Below, piece after piece: positions 60,781 through 64,000 of a stretch of DNA of 64,000 bases. Within the stretch, counting starts at the first letter, position 1. The number at the start of each line of letters is the position of its first letter. Below the pieces are notes generated by a model. The model was not told the origin of the DNA and made no database searches. It worked only from the letters and a program-made list of their open reading frames with translations. The stretch comes from Candidatus Eiseniibacteriota bacterium (GTDB lineage: Bacteria > Eisenbacteria > RBG-16-71-46 > CAVPCR01): NCBI GenBank assembly GCA_963702435.1, contig CAVPCR010000005.1, forward strand, positions 256,001 through 320,000, written 5' to 3'. Both the position numbers and the translations under genes were made by a program.

Positions 60781-62583
60781 ATGCTGGATCCCGTTCGCCC
60801 GCGCCGCTCCGCTGCCGGCGCGCTCCCCATCGCCGCCGTCGCTCTCGCCGCGGGCTGCGCCCTCGCCGCGTTCGCGATCCCCGCCGCCGCCGGCATCCGC
60901 TTCGACTTCGAGCCGCGCGTCTTCGCCCCGCTCGATCACTACGTCAAGGACCACGCGATCCTCCGCGCCGGCGACCGCTACCATCTGATCTACACGACGG
61001 GCACCGACTCGCTCGGGCGCTGGATGCAACCGGGGAACGAGGTGCACTTCGGCCACGCCACCTCGCTCGATCTCCGCCACTGGACGATCGAGCCGCCGTG
61101 CCTCGCCGGCCCCCGCGCACCGTGGGAGGCCAGGAACCGCTGGGCCCCGGACCTCGTCCAGCTCCCGGGCGGCGCCTATCGTCTCTATTACACTGGCGTC
61201 AACGAGCGCATCGCGCAGGCGATCGGCATCGCCGAGAGCCCGGACCTCGCGCCCGGCGCCGTCGCCTTCACGCCGCTCGCGGCGAATCCGGTCTTCCGTC
61301 CCGACACGAGCTGGGCGCAATGGGACGAGAAGAGCTGGAGCAACGGGCGCGATCCATGCGTGGTCGAGCACGCGGGCGCGGTCTGGCTCTGCGTGACCGC
61401 GACCCACAAGGACGGGCGCGGGGCGCTCGCCCTCGCCCGCTCGACCGACGGCGGCCGGACGTTCGTCGACCAGGGGCCGCTCCTGCTCGGGGAGAAGGGC
61501 GAGGCGATCGAGTCGCCGGAGCTCGTGCTCCTCGACGGGCGCTGGTTCCTGCTCACGAGCTCGGATCGCCGCGGCGGCACCTGGGTGCTCGAGGCCCCGG
61601 CCCTCACCGGCCCCTGGGACTACGCGAAGCGCGTGCGCTGGCTCGAGAGCATCGCCCCCGAGGTGTGGTCCGACGGGGGCGACTGGTGGATCTCGACGCA
61701 TCAGAGCTACCGCCTCGTGCACGATCCCCGGTTTCGCGACCGCCGCCTCTATCTCATCGGTTTCGATCGGCTGGCGGTCGAACCCGCGGGGCTCGCGATC
61801 GTGGCCGAGAACGGTCTCGGTGACGACTGGCCGATCGTCGAGGGCGACGCTTTCACCGCGCAGCCGACCCTCGGCGACAACCCGGCCGCGCGCGGCGAGC
61901 CGGCGGCGGGCATGGTCGGACGCGGCTATCTCGCCTCGGGCGAGCGCTTCACGTGGCCGCCCGAGCGGCCGGGCGAGAGCCGCGGGTACGCGGCCACCGG
62001 GCGCGTCCGCTCGCGCCCCTTCGTCCTCCGGGGGGCGACCATGAGCCTCCTCGTCGGCGGCACGGCCGGGATCGAATCCACGTATGTCGCGCTCCGCCGC
62101 GTGGCGGACGGCGAGATCCTCTTCCGCGAGACGGGCCGCGGCGAGACGCGGATGGACGAGCGGGTGTGGGCGATCGCCGAGCTCGAGGGCACCACGGTCG
62201 AGATCGAGATCGCCGATCTCGATCCCGGCGGCCGCATCAACGTGGACGAGATCGTCGAGCATGACGGCCCCGCCGGCACGGCGGCCGCCGAGCTGGTCGC
62301 CGGGGCACCGAATCCGTTCCGCGATGCGATCGCGCTCAGCGTGAGCACGCAGAACGCACCGCCGGGTACGCTGCCGGATGCGCTCACGATCGCGATCCAC
62401 GATGTCGCGGGCCGGCGCGTGCGCACGCTCGCCGTGCCGGCGGGCGAGGCGAGCGGCAGCACGCGCAAGATCGTGTGGGACGGCCGGAACGACGCCGGCG
62501 CCCCGGTGGCGGGCGGCGTCTACTTCGCGCGGCTCACGGCCGCGGGGCGGGAGTCGGTCGTCCGCCTCGTGCGCACGCCGTGA
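60781..62583 (+). CDS. secreted five-bladed beta-propeller glycoside hydrolase (GH32/GH43-like) with FlgD-Ig C-terminal domain
   Basis: KDHAI, HATSLDLRHW, WAPD, GRDP, ESP motifs; PNPF...HDVAGRRVR...WDG...GVYF tail. Confidence 0.8.
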   Translation: MLDPVRPRRSAAGALPIAAVALAAGCALAAFAIPAAAGIRFDFEPRVFAPLDHYVKDHAILRAGDRYHLIYTTGTDSLGRWMQPGNEVHFGHATSLDLRHWTIEPPCLAGPRAPWEARNRWAPDLVQLPGGAYRLYYTGVNERIAQAIGIAESPDLAPGAVAFTPLAANPVFRPDTSWAQWDEKSWSNGRDPCVVEHAGAVWLCVTATHKDGRGALALARSTDGGRTFVDQGPLLLGEKGEAIESPELVLLDGRWFLLTSSDRRGGTWVLEAPALTGPWDYAKRVRWLESIAPEVWSDGGDWWISTHQSYRLVHDPRFRDRRLYLIGFDRLAVEPAGLAIVAENGLGDDWPIVEGDAFTAQPTLGDNPAARGEPAAGMVGRGYLASGERFTWPPERPGESRGYAATGRVRSRPFVLRGATMSLLVGGTAGIESTYVALRRVADGEILFRETGRGETRMDERVWAIAELEGTTVEIEIADLDPGGRINVDEIVEHDGPAGTAAAELVAGAPNPFRDAIALSVSTQNAPPGTLPDALTIAIHDVAGRRVRTLAVPAGEASGSTRKIVWDGRNDAGAPVAGGVYFARLTAAGRESVVRLVRTP

Positions 62584-62639
62584 CTTCGCGCCGCGGCGCT
62601 CGCGCCGGGCGCCCCGCCGCGCTCCACGGACCGCTCTGC

Positions 62640-63998
62640 CTACGGCGCCGCGCGCTTCCGCGCGATGAGCGGCGGGGCCGGCGGCACCGCGGTCGGATCG
62701 GGAGCCGTTGCCGGCGGATCGTAGATCGCGCCGTCGAGGAGCTTGACCATCGGTGATCCCTGCGCGCGCCACTCCCCCCGCCCGATCACGGCCGGCTCCT
62801 CGCCCTCGAAGACGAGATAGCCGTACTTCCGGTAGTGCGGGAGCTTCCGCCCGAGCCCGGGGAGCGCGCCGGGCGTGTCGGTGATGACGACGACCCAGGC
62901 CTCCTCCGGATCCACCTCGCTCGTGACTGCGGCCACCGCCGTGCACCCGGTGCGCGCGTAGGTCTGGCCGCCGAGCCGGAGCGAATCGCTCGCGAAGGGG
63001 TCGAGCGCCCGCGCCTGGCGCGAAAGCGCCGCCGCCACGCGCGGGCGGAGACTGTTCGATTCGCCGAGCAGCCACACCGCGCGACCGGCGAGGTCCGCTT
63101 CGGTCACCGCCTTGTCTTCACGCACCTCCACCGTTCCGGGCGCCGCCCCCATGAAGCTCTCGGCGAAGCTCCGGTACGCGGCGGCGAGCGGGGCCGGCTC
63201 TGCGGCCGGCACGACGACGAGCGTGCGCTCGGCGCCGAACGCCTGTCCGAGCGAGGGCGGGATCTCGGTCCGGTCGAGCCGCCGGAACACGTCGAAGCTC
63301 GGGTCGAGCGCGATCCCGAGCGGCTCGCGCGCGAGATCGAGAATGAGTGTCGTCACCGTGTCGGCGAGGCTCACCATGGTGACTTCCGGCGCCCGGGAAC
63401 CGGCCATCAGCACGGAGACCGGCACGTCGAGCCGATAGGCCGGCACCCCCTGGCGGATCTCGACCTCGAGTCTGAATCCGTCCGGCATCGGCGTCACGCG
63501 CGGCTCTCCGAGGAGGAGCTCGGGCGCTCCGCTCCACGTCACCCACTGGGCGAAGTAGTCGCTCAGGTCGAAGCCCGATACGCCCTCGAAGACCTGCCGC
63601 ACCTCGCCCCAGCTCGCCCGCTTGAATCGCTGCGTCTCGGCCAGCCGGCGGAGCCCGGCGCGAAACGCGTCATCGCCGATCTGGAGGCGCAGCATGTGGA
63701 AGGTCATCATGGCCTTCCCGTAGCCGACCGCCTGCGTGATCGGGTCGTTGCGCGAGCGGAAGCTCGAGAGCGGGATGTCCTTTCCCCCGCGCACGAAGTC
63801 GCGATAGGCCTGCAGCGTCGCGCGCCGATACTCGACGCCCTGACCATCCTGCTCCTTGTAGAGATGATCGGCCAGATACGTGGTGAGCCCCTCGCACCAG
63901 TTCCCCTTCTCCCAGTCCACGTACACCGAGTTGCCGTACCAGTTGTGCACGATCTCGTGGCCGTAGGAGGTCGAGACGATGAACGGGAGGCGGATGAC
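62640..63998 (-). CDS. M1 family aminopeptidase (5' partial)
   Basis: HEIVHNWYGNSV...NWCEGLTTY zinc motif, GYGK; frame runs off the window edge. Confidence 0.9.
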   Translation of the reverse strand, partial: VIRLPFIVSTSYGHEIVHNWYGNSVYVDWEKGNWCEGLTTYLADHLYKEQDGQGVEYRRATLQAYRDFVRGGKDIPLSSFRSRNDPITQAVGYGKAMMTFHMLRLQIGDDAFRAGLRRLAETQRFKRASWGEVRQVFEGVSGFDLSDYFAQWVTWSGAPELLLGEPRVTPMPDGFRLEVEIRQGVPAYRLDVPVSVLMAGSRAPEVTMVSLADTVTTLILDLAREPLGIALDPSFDVFRRLDRTEIPPSLGQAFGAERTLVVVPAAEPAPLAAAYRSFAESFMGAAPGTVEVREDKAVTEADLAGRAVWLLGESNSLRPRVAAALSRQARALDPFASDSLRLGGQTYARTGCTAVAAVTSEVDPEEAWVVVITDTPGALPGLGRKLPHYRKYGYLVFEGEEPAVIGRGEWRAQGSPMVKLLDGAIYDPPATAPDPTAVPPAPPLIARKRAAP

Positions 63999-64000
63999 CC

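Overview
High-GC bacterial chromosomal window with about 55 CDSs. They mix housekeeping genes (2-oxoacid dehydrogenase E1, tkt, aroC, xth, mgtE, selD, pckA, PIN-PhoH, LOG family) with many secreted proteins ending in FlgD-Ig/T9SS-like domains or a short 'TWG.IK' tail. This suggests, by inference only, an Eisenbacteria/Latescibacterota/Krumholzibacteria-like lineage. The strongest unexplained signal is a ~865-nt non-coding region on the minus strand (53395->52531). It has its own sigma70-type promoter, a 12-bp helix pairing its 5' and 3' ends, at least four GNRA and three cUUCGg tetraloop motifs on that strand, and about nine copies of a purine-rich internal-loop hairpin module. It looks like a large modular structured RNA unlike RNase P, tmRNA, SRP or group I/II introns, and it lies downstream of a DnaA-box-like cluster and a PIN-PhoH gene. 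Other points of note are a selenocysteine-encoding selD (in-frame UGA plus SECIS), a non-CRISPR array of a 28-bp repeat with two spacer types, two smaller candidate structured RNAs, an N-terminally truncated clp ATPase, and single-base frameshifts that may be sequencing errors.
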